A DNA stretch of 64,000 bases from Tricharina praecox (taxonomy: Eukaryota), in assembly GCF_024521635.1 (NCBI RefSeq), contig NW_026250405.1, positions 1,488,001-1,552,000 on the forward strand, in the 5' to 3' direction. Positions 8,983 through 23,557 of the stretch are shown piece by piece; position 1 is the first letter of the stretch; each line of letters starts with the position of its first letter. The notes below the pieces were generated by a model. It searched no databases, was not told where the DNA came from, and saw only the letters and a list, made by a program, of their open reading frames with translations. A program made the translations under genes and the position numbers.

Positions 8983-11900
8983 GTTTGAAATCCAAGTCCT
9001 GGAAAAAGTTGCTGGCGGTGCTATAACCAACGAGTGAGATGTGATGCTATGATGCTCAATAATGTGTTATCAGTCAGTTTTTCGAGCGAGCCCCGTCTCC
9101 AGATTTTCTATCCTGTGTTTGCCCTGACTGAACCCGTGCTATGAACTTGTGAAGAAGCGAGCAACCCCCAATCTCCAGCCTGTACTTCAAGCAACTTACA
9201 TGCCATGTCGATTTTTGTTTTTTTCCTGACTTTGTGCATGTACCCTTCGCACATACCCACGGTATATACCGCAGCCTGCAGGACAGGGCGGGTAGGGCTG
9301 GCAAATCGAAGACTCTTAGGAGTTTCCATCCACGTGCCACAAGGCCCGCCGATCGTGATGTCACGCAGGCTCCGGCGCTCTGCCCGTTGAAGCGGTGACA
9401 CAAGTCACACGACGCCACGGAGGAGGAATGGCAGGTGCAGGCGTGCAAATGGTTTCTCCGCGGAGCGATCAGGTCTCGAGAGGTCTCAGGAAATGAGGTC
9501 CGGAGTCAACACCGACCCTCTACGATATCCGTTTTTTCTTTCTTTCTTTTTTCCTTTTTCTTTCCTTTTCTGCGGTCCGTGGGATGCCGTGGATCTTGCC
9601 GCTGGAAGCTACGATACTCTAATACATACATGCCTCGGCCCAGATGGCTTTGTAAGCTGCGTAAGGCTGGCCCTACAACAACCGGTGCCGCACTACCGGG
9701 GGGCTGGCGACTGGGAAAAGTGACACTTGTATGGAGGGGGGCCCTTCGCGACGGTTGATTTACGCAGGGCTGACTGACTCGCATGTGCTTTTTGGCGCGC
9801 GTACATCGGTGGCGTGAGAGGAAGGCTGGCTGCCTGTTTGACGACAACCGAAACGGTTGTTGGGTCCACACTGCTACATACCATGTTACACCTGCACGCA
9901 GCACAGGCATGATCGCAAGACCTTGTTATGACATGTGCAGAAGAACTCATGGTAGAGTCCCTATGTACCCGGATGATTGGATGCCCAATCCGGGCTGGTC
10001 GTCGTATGTAGAGTAAATAGTTGCTAGATATGGAGCTAGACAGTCAGACGTCACCGGTTCGTGCTCTGACCACGGAAGGTTTCTTAAACTGGACTACGTG
10101 GGGGCCAGCTACGGTCTATGCATGCCTACTCCAGCAAACGCATTTACTTACTTCAGTCGTTTCGTGATTGGCTGATATTCTGCCATCCGTGGACTACCTG
10201 CTCTGGATAGAAGTGACCGCACTGCCACTCGAGCGAGCTCTCGCACCCAAAATTAAGCCGCTGTACTTACATATTTCCCAATGCCACCATATCTCCCCAC
10301 CCTACCGGGCTCCATCTCTCCAGAATCTAGCTCCATCACACCTTCCACAACGCTTCTCTGTCGCCTTATTGCCACGCTACTCCCAGACAAGTCCCGATTT
10401 GTCTATCCATCTTCCCCGGCCTGGCCAGAGCTTCTTGGAAAAGGCGCTACCTAAACCACCAGGCACCTAACTGACGAGCTACTCAAGCGCGCAGACCCGA
10501 TCGAGTACTAGTGCTAGTAGTTTCGTCCTTCTCCCACGACGAACAAACATCCGAGATGCATCCGACAGGACGAGACCCCCATCTCCACACGAACTATAGT
10601 AGTTAGAGTTAGGACCTGCCCTACAAGGCAAATCCATCCAGGTCCCAACCATGATCACGGAATCTCGCTCGGTATTCGCTCCGTCCTTTACCTAATGCCC
10701 AGCCCGGGTATTTACCGGTAATCAAACCAGGTGCATCCGTCTGTGGCCCATCCTACTCTAGAATCCACGCCTCCGCCGGTCCGCGTCCGTACGTACATAG
10801 CCGAAGGAAAAACGGCCGGAAAAACGGATTATCCGCATGCTCGGGGACGAGGAGGAGGAAATGCACCTATGGTAGGTACCTACATATGCGGGTTCGAACA
10901 TTCCTTCCTTCCTTCCTACAAGAGCCCCTACCTACCTATCATAGCAGAATAGAGTAGGTACCTACCGTAGTCTCGATATCCGCGACGTACTTACTAGTAG
11001 TTCCATGTCCGTCCCGAGCAAGCAGAAATCGACATATGTAACCACTACCTAGTTACCTAGTTACCTAGTACTCCACTCTATGCGGGACGAACGTTAAGCC
11101 CACCACCTTCGCATCTCCTATCATTTCCCCGGATGCGAAATCACATCCATAACTGCACCAAAAGAATCCTCCGAACACCCCCCGCGATGGAATGGTTAGT
11201 TACTTGATAGAGTGGTGCTCTAGCAAACAATTCCCCGGAGCACCGGATGTCGAGTCGGGAGGTCCGTGCGCGTGTATGCAGAGTATTGGCGGTCTCGTGG
11301 CCACGCGCCCGCTTCATGTACTACCGGTATAGCCGCCTCACTCCCAGTGGCCACGGCTACTCTACTAAACAGACCACTACCGAGTATCATGTACTCTATG
11401 TAGAGTACATCGCCGGCCAGATCTCTCGACATATCAGATCTATGTATCCAATCCATCATGCCACTGCCACTTGCCACTGCCACTCACTGTCACATTCCGG
11501 TCGATTTCCGTCGCATCGAAGGTGGACGCGAGTGATGGGTGCGCGCGCGGCCCCAAACAACGTACCTACTCCATGTTACGTATGTTACGTACGTAACGTA
11601 AGAACATCCATCCGCCCCCAAACCCTCCCCGAACCCCGAAGGGCGAACCCCTGGCCTTCGCCCTCGCCATCGCCCTACCCGAACGGCCGTCGTCGGGATC
11701 GCCGATATTACGTCGCACAAGTTTGGCGAGCTAAGTAGGGTACTCTACACCTTAGCTATGAAACTACAGCTCGCACGCACGTTTCCTCAGCCCAACCCCA
11801 CCCTACAGGCTACAGGCTACAGGCTACATGCCATCCACCAGAGTCGGCGCCGGATACCTATCGAGGCTATCGATGTGGATTGGACGCTGGATGTAATTCG

Positions 11901-12320
11901 AGTGTCACGGTGGTTTTCGGACCCCCCCCTTCTTTGTCTCGAGTCTCGGGTTTCGTAATCAGGGGCGGCTGTGTGGATCGATTCCCCAAATCCGAATGAT
12001 CATCATGTGTAGGTGGAGTAGAGGTAACCTAGGCATAGGTACCTACCTATGCGATCTCGCATCCGCGACGTCGGCGTACTCTACTACGGTAGGTAGTAGA
12101 TTGGCCAGTCCATCGCCGACTACCAGGTACCTACATATGGTAGAGTATCATATGAAGTAATAGACGGGGACCCACCAGGTACTCTATTCTACTCTACTCT
12201 ACTCCAGTGTCCACCAGCCAGCCAGCAGCTCAACCTTCCGTGGGCCGTGGGGCGAGCGATGAGTGATGTGCAATGCGTGAGCTGAACCCGAACCATGCCG
12301 AATTCCATCCACTTTTTCTT

Positions 12321-12400
12321 TTTCCTTTCCTTTCCTTTCCTTTCCTTTCCTTTCCTTTCCTTTCCTTTCCTTTCCTTTCCTTTCCTTTCCTTTCCTTTCT
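12321..12400. repeat. (TTTCC)n pentanucleotide microsatellite, about 15 copies
   Basis: Directly visible. Confidence 0.95.
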
Positions 12401-14370
12401 TTTCTTTTCCCACCATTTGCCCTACTGTCGTCAGCTGTCCGTCAACCCATCAATCCGTCTGTCCATCCGACCGTCAATCCGTCTGCTCAATCCATCGCAG
12501 CACACCTCCGGTGGATACATAACTACAATAGGTAGTAGAGTATTAGAGTGTCCAATTGGATGGTCGGATCAATCGCCAGATGCTACATATGTAGAAAACG
12601 CAGGAAACGTAGGAAACGCAAGAAACTCACATGGCGGATGAGGGCGCTGCAGCAGTGCCCGCAATTGTTCGCGAACCCCGCCTTGCGCTGCCGCGCCCCA
12701 CCCCACTATACGTCCACTCACGCTCATCTATGATGTGTAATAGGGGACATACCACTATGCCTACTGCTCTATAGTCGAGTATAGCACCCTACTTACCTTG
12801 TAGTACTAGTATAATAGAATAGCTTCGGTCAGTGTGATCGATCACTCCAGCGTCCAAGAGTCCATAAGGCTGGCCCTCTCCCTCCCTCCCTCTCCCACTC
12901 TCACTCTAGCACCGGTAATCTCCGGCGCTCCCACCACCATCCCACCAGCATCTCCGCCACTTTTTTTTCTTTTCTTTTCCTTCCCCCCCCCGGGGGGTTT
13001 TTTATACATATTCGGAGGATTCAGGAACCCGAAACAGCGAGTTTGTTCCGAGCTCGATGGAGTATGGTATCTACTGGTATGGCACTGGTATGATACAGAG
13101 AAGAGACGAGGGGAGACGAGCTGAGCTGGAATGTATAGGTACTCTACCGTAGTACCTATGGACTTTGTTCGTGCTACAATGCTACATACTTCTACATGTA
13201 CATATGATATGATATGAGAAGAGAGGAGGAATAGGATGATGATGATGAGGAGGAGGATGAGGATTGAGCTGGGAAATAGGTTCTCAGGCATTGTTCCAGC
13301 AGATCGAGGAGAGCAATTACGAAAACCCCCTACCTAAGATATGCGAAAACCGACCCAAAGAAACCCCTTCCAGACACAAGCAAGCAAAACACCCAAAAAA
13401 ACTCCGGAGAACCCAAAAAATCCCAAAGTACCTAGCATAAGAGTAGACCGCGGTTGCCAAAAAAAAAAGAGAAACCCTCCCACACGCCACACGACGGTGA
13501 GACATCATTAGAAAGAAGAGAGAGAAAGAATAATGACAAAAAAAATCCAAAAAGGTCTTTTTTTACGCACCCCCCCTCCCCCTAGTTACCCCCCGCCCCA
13601 AGAATCCAAGAATCCAAAAAAAAAAGAAACAAGCAATATTTAAAACGCCCCCAGATAAACCCCCCGACGATAAACACTTGAGGAAAAAAGGGAAAATGAA
13701 AATGAATGCCTGCTCTCTCTCCATATATGGTGTGGTTGGTGAAAGAGAAAGGGAAAAAAAAATGATGCAACCCTCACTCGCTTCGCGTCTCGCCTTGCCG
13801 TCGTGTGCCAGCCGTTCATGATTCGTTCTTGAAAAATCCCAAGAAACCAAAAACCAAAAAAATCAAAATGACACCCTCTTCCATCACCGTTTTAAAAAGC
13901 CAAAGCCCGCCTTCCTCCCCAACCCGACCAAAACACCCGACCGCACCCTACCAGGAATTACCCCACCGATTCTATGCATGCAGCATTCGCAAAAAAGAAA
14001 CGATGGGCAAAAGAACCATGACCAACGTAGAGGGAAAAAAGAAAAGAAAGAGGAGGGCGGTGGTGGTGGGTGGTCGCCCCCGCAATGCGGTGAGAACGGA
14101 GCTGCTGATGATGATTTGCAGGTATGAGAACACCATGCATGAATAGGATGTCAGTCAGCAGCATGCGGCAGGGCTGACCCTCCGGTGAGGTAGCTTGCCG
14201 CATCTCGTCATCACATTGATGCCGTTGCGCACCGTGGCAACCCAGGATCAACATCGTGCTGGCAGATAATGAAGAATTAAGAAGAAAAAAAAAGAAGAAA
14301 AAAACGCATATGAGGAGACCGAGATAAAGCTGTACAAGGTGGCCGTGACGGAAAACGGGTAGGAGTTGAA

Positions 14371-16705
14371 CTAGTCGGAACCTTCGCCGGAGGGGGTCCC
14401 AATGTCGCAGCCGATACTGCTGGTGCTTCCCCGGTTGATGGGCTGCGGAGGTATCTCGTCTCGCATGCATGCGTTCTCAAGAACGTTAGTCCACTTGCCA
14501 CTCGTGCCACTGTGGCTGTGCTTGAGATGCTGCCTGAAGTGGTCGGCACGATAAAACTTTTTGGATTGGTTGCATTCGCCAAACTTGTGTTCTTGGGTGA
14601 GATGTTCGATGCGGAGAGCCCATTGGGCCGGCATCGGGAATTCTTTTCCGCAGTAGCCGCATACGTCTGCAAAATTGGGGCGGTGTGTTGATTGGTGAAA
14701 AGCCGCCTCGTAGTTCCCCGCCAATGATGCACACGACCAGGAGTGTTTCCGCAGGTGAAGCGAGTTCTGGTGTCGCTCGGCCTCGTTCTTGTTTTTGAAG
14801 CGGTTGTTGCAGTACAGGCAGCTGTATTGCTTTTCCAGCTCGTGCAATCTGTGGTCGCCGCGCGTCTGTCAGTCTAAACGTTCGATGAGAGCGGAAGGGG
14901 GTTGGGGTGCGTACTGCAAGTCGCTTCGGTTGTCGAACTTCTTGGGCTTCTTTGGGCAGCATTCGCAGATAAAGATCCCCGTCATCTTGGGCGCCGGATT
15001 GTGTTTCATTGCCGCCAGATCCTTGTCTCTACCGAGAGACGAGATTTCCGGGAGTCGTCCCCGCTCTCCACCGGGTCTGCCTAGGCTGGATGGGGGGAAC
15101 TGTCGATAGAATCCATCTTTCATTCCGTCCGCTTCCATGCTCGGGTTGTACGACGCCACTGGTGACCAGTCCGTTTGTGTGGATAGACTGCTGGTGGCCG
15201 GCGAAAACTGACCCATCGACGTGGACCACATCGTAGTGGCCGAGTTTGTCGACACCGACGCGAGGGAACTGGAGGCCGATCTCGGGAGTGCCAGATTGTA
15301 ATACTTCTGATGTACCCCGGGAGACGCTCTGTGGTGTATGGGGGGTGTTCTCCGGCTGTGGCCGTACATGTCCGGACAGACGCCTTCCAGCATCAGCCCT
15401 TGCTTCGTAGGCTCGGAAGTGCCGGGTGGCTTTGAGCGATGATCGCGTTCGCGCGGCGGCGAAGAAGCCCGTCGCTTGAATCCTACACGTTCGTGCTGAT
15501 GCGGTGGCGTCCTAGCATCGCGCAAGGTTAAGCGGTTCATCTGGGACACATGGGACGACGGAGCGTCCTCCATCTGCATGTCTTCGTCCAGCGAATCATA
15601 GCCCGGTCCGAGATTTGACGCGCTGGCGGATCTTCGCACCCGATTGTCCAGACTTGGCGACATACCGCCATCCGCTGTACGTGACGGAAGGCTTGCAGCA
15701 CATTCCTCGTTTTTCCGAAACTCCGATAACGAAGACGAGAAAATGGGAGGGGTGAATGTCTCCCGTTTCACCCCCAGGTGTATGGAATCGCTTCCCGAAG
15801 CCTTGCCCCACGGATCGAGCGGAGAATCGGACGTCCGGGGCGAGACCCCTGCCGAAGCCGGTAGGTGTCGGTTACCCGATGTCCAAGGAGCTGTTAGTCG
15901 CGGCAGCGACCCAACTTCTTGGGCGGCGGCAAAAGCCCGAATTTCTTGGGGTGGAGTGAGCTTGTGTTGGGTAAATGAAGACGGTTCCGAGGTGCGCGCG
16001 TTAAGCTTTCCCAGAACTGTTTGGTCGTATGCCTGTACTGCCACTCGCATCGTCGCTCGGAGGGACTCGTCACTCAATCTAGAGATCGTCAAACACGTTA
16101 CGTTAGGACTTGGTATTCAAGGTAGAGTGCAAGCGTGGCATCGCCTGGTGAGCTGGACAACAATTGGGGACTTGGGAGGGCACTACTAACTCCTTAACTC
16201 TTCCCTTGTTGTTGTAGAAGTTTTCTCTCCAGTTCCTCTCGTGGGAACCCTCCGACCTCAAGCTGGCACCATCATGGCTTCCGGGCAGGCTTAGCCCATC
16301 CTTAAAACTATTGCATATTGGCGACAGTTTCCATTCTTGCGCCTCTCGTGAACCGAACACAGCTCTTCGTCCCAGCTCTTCACCGTCACTATCATCTCCA
16401 CCAGCCGAACCAATGCTACTCGACTGCCGAAGGTCGCGGTGGCGTGACGGCGGCGGCGGCAGTCCCGGCGCATCTAGAGGTAGTATAGGCGGGACGACGG
16501 TCGTGGACGCATAGGATCCGTGGAAGGAACCACATCGGCTGGACGTCGGGGAGGCACCAAGTCTTGGGATCGGAATCTCGCGAGGCATCGACCTTTGGGA
16601 GAGTGTAGACGAGTGGTGATGGTGGTCGCTGGGTGAGCGGGCGAAATTCTGGTCGTGGATCTGGATTGACGGCAGGTTGTGGGTAGTTAAGCGGTGGAGA
16701 TTCAT
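14371..16705 (-). CDS. Fungal C2H2 zinc-finger transcription factor, 3 exons (introns 16079-16190 and 14849-14914)
   Basis: C-terminal finger cluster CECCPKKPKKF..LQ|LHELEKQYSCLYCNNRFKNKNEAERHQNSLH, CGYCGKEF..HLTQEHKFGECNQSKKFYRADHFRQHLKHSH. Long S/P-rich N-terminus. Introns GTTAGT..CTAAC..TAG and GTACGC..CTGAC..CAG keep the frame. Confidence 0.88.
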
Positions 16706-19700
16706 TGTTGTTTAGGGACAGAAGGCCCGAAGCGCGTAATCGTAAATAACCTCGAAGCAATGACGGCGGCGGCGGTAGCACTTGTAAGATAGATCTCGCT
16801 GCCGATGAACCCTGTAGGGCTTTGTGTTGCGACGTTCTTTTTTTTCTTTTCTTTTCCAATGGGATCAACGACCTGAGACAAAAAGTGGGTGTTTCGGAAA
16901 CGAATCGAAGAAGGATCTCCTTCCTTTCCGTCGGAGGTGATAGGGTTGTTGACCACTCCCTTGATTACCAGGCAGCTCCGTTGATGTCGTCGTGTCTGTG
17001 GCGGGCGCACGAATCGGTCAGCGCTCACATTCGGACCCCCCCAACCACAGCTGAACAACCCGGCAGCGGTGGCGAACTAGTTGCGGATAGTGAACAAGCG
17101 CAGGAGCCCTAATTTTCATAACAACAGTCGACCGCCTTACAGATTGTTCCTCCTCCTGCTCCTGCTCCTACTCATGCTCCTGCTCCTTCTACTCCTCCCT
17201 CCTACTCCTCCTGCTCCTCACCGGGGTCGACTAACCGGACGTTTTTGCGGGCGGCGACGGGAGCGCACGGACCAGTTGAGTGGTGGCCGGGCCGAGTGTT
17301 GGAAGCTTGCGAGCCGTATCCAAAGAATTGGTCCTACGGTTGTTTCACCCCAGCCTTTGACGCGATCGCGTGTGGGTCTCGCAATTCAATCTCGCACCGG
17401 GAGCCCTGACTGGAGGATCGTATTCGTCGGAAGCGTCGCAACATGCAGCGCGGATGGCGAGAGTCGGGGGAGGAAGAGTCGGTGAGTCGGGGATGGCGAG
17501 GGAATATGAGAGTCGAAAGAGAGGATAGGGTGGGGGGGTGAGGGGAGGTATCCGTGTGCGGGAGGATAGTTATGAGGTCAATGTTGCGGGCAGACACGCC
17601 GGCTGGGCCAAGTGACTGCTGGGCGTATGGGCTAAAGTAGCGGACAAGGACAGTCAACGAACACCGGCGGGAAAGCTGGGAGGGCTGCTGCAGGACGAGG
17701 ATTTGACCGATGCAGGCTGTAGCATCAAAGTGAGTGCGGGTTGCGTGTTGTGTGTGTATGTAAGTAAGTACCTTGGTGCTTATGTATAGATTTGTACCTA
17801 TGTCCGGAACAGAGGTGTCGAGGCGCGCGCGGGGCGTGGGGGAAGCAAACCGCGGACCGAGCTGGGACTGGGACTGGGCTGGGACCGGGACCGGGACTGG
17901 GACTGACTGGGACTGGAGGGGGAGGCGAGGGGGGTAGGACAAGCCTTATAAGAGCAAGGGCAGGGAGTTAACGGCGGGAATAGTAGCAGGTTGAGGAGTA
18001 GCTGGTGGGTGACTGGTGAAGCACTGAAGCACCGGCAAGGCAAGTAAGGTCTCTGGCTCTAGGGTGCTGCAATGGGGAGGATGCGAGGAGCACGTATGTA
18101 TCTACGGTAAATGCGCGGGTGAGCAAGCACCAGTGGGCGAGTGGTGGAGGTGGAAGCGGAGGAGGTGGGTATGTAGGAGGAGCTGGCAGAGATGGGGGCC
18201 GTATGTATGGCGGCGGGCAAGTTAGTAATGCAGGTGCACGCTGATCAGCCTCACGGAAGGCTTGAGCGGTGGAGGTGGAGGCGGAGGTGGAAGCGGAGGA
18301 GGAGGTGGCGATATGCGATGGCGATGGTGATATTCAGGAGACCGTTGGCTCTAGAGTAGTTCTGCGTCCAGCGCCCAAGGACTGTGAGAGGAACATCGCT
18401 CTCGAGGGAGGGGGGGTGGGGGGGGGGGGTTGTTGTTGGGGGGGGTTGTTGTTGGGGGGGGTGAGGTGTCTGAAGAAGCGGATACTGTACTATCGACGCT
18501 TATGTGAATATGGGCAGGTGAGATGTAGGGAAACGCACAATGCGGTAGTCTTCCAGAGTAGCCCGCACCCCATAATCCATCATGTATAGAGTAAATCGTC
18601 CGCAGCCTTGCGCACGCCATTTACGGCAGGTGGTGGCAGGCGTTTGACAGTGGAGTTCCGGCAGACCGTCCACGGACGGTGCATGACTGGGTGATGGAAA
18701 TCGGTGCAGTTGGAGCAGGTAAGTTACTGTACATTGGTGAGTAAGTACTTGGGTATCTACCTACTCCAGAGTCCAGAGTGCAGAGTGCAGAGTGCAGAGT
18801 CCAAAGTCCAGTGTCCACAGACACGTCCTCATGGTTGCCAGATCTTATTTTTGGCGGCGGCATAGGGCCAGGTCTGGGGGAGGGAAGAAGGGGCCCGAAT
18901 AGAGATGGCGTATGGCTGTGTAGATATCATGCTAGTAGTCTACATACTCAGTAGAGTACCCGTCTACTCTAGGTTACATACAGGGAGAAAAGTTGGCCGA
19001 ATAGAAAGCCGAATGGAAGCGGCTGTCTCTATGCTACTAGTAAAAAGTAGCGGCTGTGCCTGCCTTGGCCGTCCTGACCACCCATCACCCAACCCGTGGT
19101 AGTGTAGTTACTCTAGAGTATGATATGTGGTGTGTGTGTGCGTATCGCGAGCACATCTGATTCATCCGTCATATTCTCGGCTTGCCGCGCAGCCATACCC
19201 AAGTGAGTATTTACTTACTGACTATAGTACTCTACCTGCTCTAGAGGACGGTGTCGAGGACCGCATCGCATCGATACCTCATTACCTGGAAAAAAGGATA
19301 GCATCAGCATCATGTTCGAAGGGCGACTGGAAACCGCAGAAGAGCCAGGGCCGAGTGCAGGAAAAAGCCAACTGACTAGTGGAAATCGTCCGTTTTGGAT
19401 CCACCACTATGCTAGTAAGTAACACTTACACACAACCGACTGCATGCTCTGTTGAAAATCTCATTTAAAAGAGCAGATGAATATCAGCTAGGTACGGTAC
19501 TCTCCTCTTCTACCTCGACGCATTCTGATTCGTGACTACCAGTAGAGCAACTATTCCGACTCGACTACGGTCCACAAGTCGTGGCAAACTAGAGTAGGAT
19601 GCCATTCATCCATCGCAAGCTGCCCCAAACACCCAAGTTACAAGTTACAAGTATCTAGGGTAGTTATCTAGCTATCGGCATTCTCCTCCTGGCCTGCATG

Positions 19701-22252
19701 CCATGGCCATGCCACGCCGAAAGGGTCTTGGATGGCGGGAATCCCCGTGAGAGATGGATTATGGATATGTAGGGTTGGTTGGTCGGTCTGGTCAAGCCTC
19801 GGCGGACATGGCTGAGACATGAAGTTACATACCTGTGTATGTACATACTCATAGAGTGTGTGCATACCAGCCTACATACCTTTCCACATACCTACATACA
19901 TACGGGCGACGGCGAAATAAAAATCAGGGGAAGCGGTGGGCGGGCTCCCAATTGCTTCATGGACGATGGGAGGGTTGCACGATCTGACAAGCGTCTATGT
20001 ACGAAGCGGTGCGTCACCCCATCATACATATCATACCTACATATTTCGAAGGACAGCGGTTTGATCAAGCCCGCAGCAGCGCATGGCTGGAGTCAGTCAG
20101 TCAGTCAGTGGTAGAGTTCGGCCAAGGACATACCCGATTCCACCGCCTGGGCTGAGTGAAGAGTATGTATCTACATAGTAGTCCGTATGACGAGTTTCGC
20201 GAGCGGAGTAGGTGGGTAAAGTAGGTGACTGTTACCTAGGAGAGGGCTTCGCGAAACACTGGAGCATGGTTGGATTTCATGCAGCAGTGTCTACTACTAC
20301 ATAACTAGTACGGTGTTTGTGAGGAATGGAGCGGACGGGGGATGCGGGGCGGCCAAGGCTTCAGCTTCAGCGAGACACCTCCCCCTCCATCCCCGTCCCC
20401 TCCCCTTCCTCCGCCCCCCCTTCCTCCAGGGTGAGCTGGAGGGCTTCCGTCGATCAGTATCACGCGCGAACCGAGCTCGCAGCCCTGTCGTGAACCCCTC
20501 CTTCGTTCGTGCCTTCTCGAGCTGACCTGGAGGGGAGGGGAGACGTGGAGGGGGGGCGGGGGGAAGGAATCAGGTCAAGTGCTCACTGTCTTCTGCTCAC
20601 TGCTCACCAATTGAACCACAATCCGGCCAGGTTTTATTTATCCCCACACCTGCGAACTGGGTATGTATAAGGGGAGGGGAGGCGGCGGTAAGCCAAGAGA
20701 GCTGATGGCGGTGAATCGGCCTAACAAGTGTCTCTCGCCTGTAAGTACCTGAGATGTTACGTTGGATGCAGCGCAGGCTGCCCACATTCCGTGTTTGCGA
20801 TGGTGGTGGTGGCCTCCTCACAGGGCGGTAATAATAGCCAACAGATATGCCGCTGATGTCTCGTAAGGCTGAAGGGCTGGTTCCGGACGCAGCTGATATG
20901 AGACCGCTGATGCCCGAAACGAAGGACGCGAGTGGGGGTCGGGCGAGGGAGGGAGGGTGAGATCGAGCGAGCGAGGGAAGGAAGGAGTGTTCGTCATCAA
21001 TCTGGCAGAGGAGTATATATTTTTGCGAATCGTTCTTCAGACTTCCAGAGCAGCATAACTAACGATGACGACGAGGGGCTCGCGCGGTTCGTCCATCGAC
21101 GCACGGGCAGCCATAGCCATGGCCATCGTCACGGCCATACCGGTTCTCGGTACTTTTCCGTCGGTCCAGAATGCGGGGGCGCAAAATCAGCCAAAGAGAG
21201 CAGTCGGGTAGATTAAAGGAAATGCGGGCGAGTGGGTTGGCTGGTTGGTTATTCGCGGAAAGGCCCGTCCAGCCCAGCAGTGTTCGATTGCGAAACGGCA
21301 GCCCCATCGAAATCGTCACCGCACCTGTGCATCCTCACCGTCCTCGCCGCCGCCAGAGAGCTAACCACGATGGTCTCTAGACTCTCCGGTAGCTGTGCCC
21401 ACTGCTCAGTACCCAGTGCCCAGTGCCCAGTGCGAACTGCGAACTGTGAACTGCGAACTACGAACTGCCCACTGCCCATACCTATCGGTACATACCATAC
21501 ACCGATACTTTTAGAACATTATTGCACCGTACGTGGTCGGCTTATTCGACGCCCTGCGAAAGTGCGCTTTTTCACCCCAACTGGAACTCTATGGATACTA
21601 AACAGCCTTGTAGGGCAAGTGTCATCCACCATAAAATCCTGCATGGGATAGTGTGCTTGGCGGCATGAGCTGGTGATCCACCAGCGGTAGCCCCTACATG
21701 GAAGATACACGACCGACCAACCCAACCCCAGTCATCACACCCCACAGCCCTCCCGCCTGCCGTACCCCTCCGTACCCCTTCTTCGCGCAGAGTACTTAGT
21801 TTTGTTCGATTTCTCTTCTTCCCTCTGACGAGCCACACACCCTTCCTCGCGTGCTCGTCTGCCTGCCTGCTGTCTCCATCCGGTTCTTGCCCCCGATCTT
21901 TTTTTCTTGAACGCGTCGGTCCTTCTCCCGCGCGGCCCCACTCTACCCGCCAACCCGCCAACCCCCCCCCTGGAGCAGCCGTCTCTCCCAGTGGCCTGAT
22001 CCCGCGATACCCGATAACCGCTGCGCGCCCGTGTCGCCGCCCCCTCCCGCAGCCACAGCAGAGCCCCTCGTCGCGCGCATCCCAACCGTGAGTACCGGTC
22101 CGAACATCAAAATCCCTAATTGCGAAATCCCCCCCTCCCCCCCCCCCCCCCACCCCGCAGCCAAACCCCACCACGCTCACGCGCATACACACACTCACAC
22201 ACTTACACTCACACCCACTCACACTCACACCTCCCAGGCCAACAACAGCATA

Positions 22253-23557
22253 ATGGCCCTCCCTGCGTCCCTCAGGAACCTTATAACCGCAATGGATCAG
22301 ATCCCCGGAGAAAAAGTTTACATTGGCGGGTATATATCATCCACCCTTTGCACACACAAGCCCCCCGGACCCCCCCATGATGTGTTATGCATCGGGGTGG
22401 GGTGTACATGGACGCGTGAAAAGGGTGGCGGTGGTTAATTCATGTGTGGGGAGTGCCATAGGATGTTCGCTCTCCGCGAGAAGACCGACATGAAAGCAAA
22501 GGCCATCACCCATGTGCTCAGTGTACTGCGGCTGCCTATGGACAAGTCGCTCTTCCAGGACTTTGAACATCTGGTGGTCGAGGTGGATGACGTGGAGGAT
22601 GAAAATCTGATCCAGCACTTTGCGTCGACGAATGCGTTCGTGGAAAAGGCCATGGCGAGTGATGGCGCCGTGTTTATTCACTGGTATGTCGGAGAGAGAG
22701 TGTGTGTGTGCGCGGTGTGGTGTGCCAGTTGTGCGCGCTGCTGTGCTATGTGTGCGTTGGGTGCGATTGCTAAATGCTGTTTCGCTCAGTGCGATGGGGA
22801 AGTCACGATCGGCGACCGTGCTGGCAGCCTACCTGATGAAGTCGCGTCAACTTGACCCGAAGGAGGCCGTCCAGCGCATCAAGCAGATCCGGCCGTTCGT
22901 TGAGCCGAACCCCGGCTTCATGGAGCAATTGGAGCTCTACCACCAGGTGAAATACACGACCGACCTGGACGACCATCCCTCGTACAAGCAGTGGCTCTAC
23001 AAGCGGGAATTGGCCGAGAGCAAGGCGGCAAAGATGGCGCCGTCAAACGTCTACTTCCGCGATGCCGAGAAGAATGTCGCGGTGCTGGCGCAGGTCAAGG
23101 AAGGAGAGACACCGGAGCAGGTTGGTCTGACGGAGCTACGGTGCAAGACGTGCAGGTATTGATCGCCTTTCTCTCCCCCCTCCCCGGCTCCCGTGCCCGC
23201 ATGCATGCTAGCCCTGTCTTTTATCCACGGCCGAGAGCTAAACGTGTGGGGCGGGGGGATAGACGTACGCTCGCAAACTCACGGTTCCTGACACCGCACA
23301 TCCCGAAGCCAGCGCAGCCGCCCGCACCACAGACAGCGGTCCCGACGCCATGCTCGCACCATTTCCTCGAGCCCTTGAGCTGGATGAGGCCGGAACTCGA
23401 ACAGCAGAAGCTCGAGGGGAAGCTGGACTGCCCCAAATGTAAGGCCAAGGTTGGATCGTATGCCTGGCAGGGCATGAAGTGTTCGTGCGGGGAGTGGGTG
23501 GTACCAGGAATTAGCATTGCGCGCGGGAAAGTGGACGAGATCAGGGTTAAACTTTGA
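22253..23557 (+). CDS. YVH1: Dual-specificity phosphatase with C-terminal zinc-binding domain, 4 exons (introns 22330-22461, 22684-22788, 23156-23262)
   Basis: Spliced active site VFIH|CAMGKSRSAT, then PNPGFMEQL, LRCKTCR|RTLA and HHFLEPLSWM..LEGKLDCPKCKAKVGSYAWQGMKCSCGEWVVP. This is the Yvh1/DUSP12 architecture. Confidence 0.93.

Noticed and set aside
18405..18462. G-run cluster with G-quadruplex potential
   Set aside because: G/C homopolymer runs are common throughout the window, and nothing marks this one as functional.
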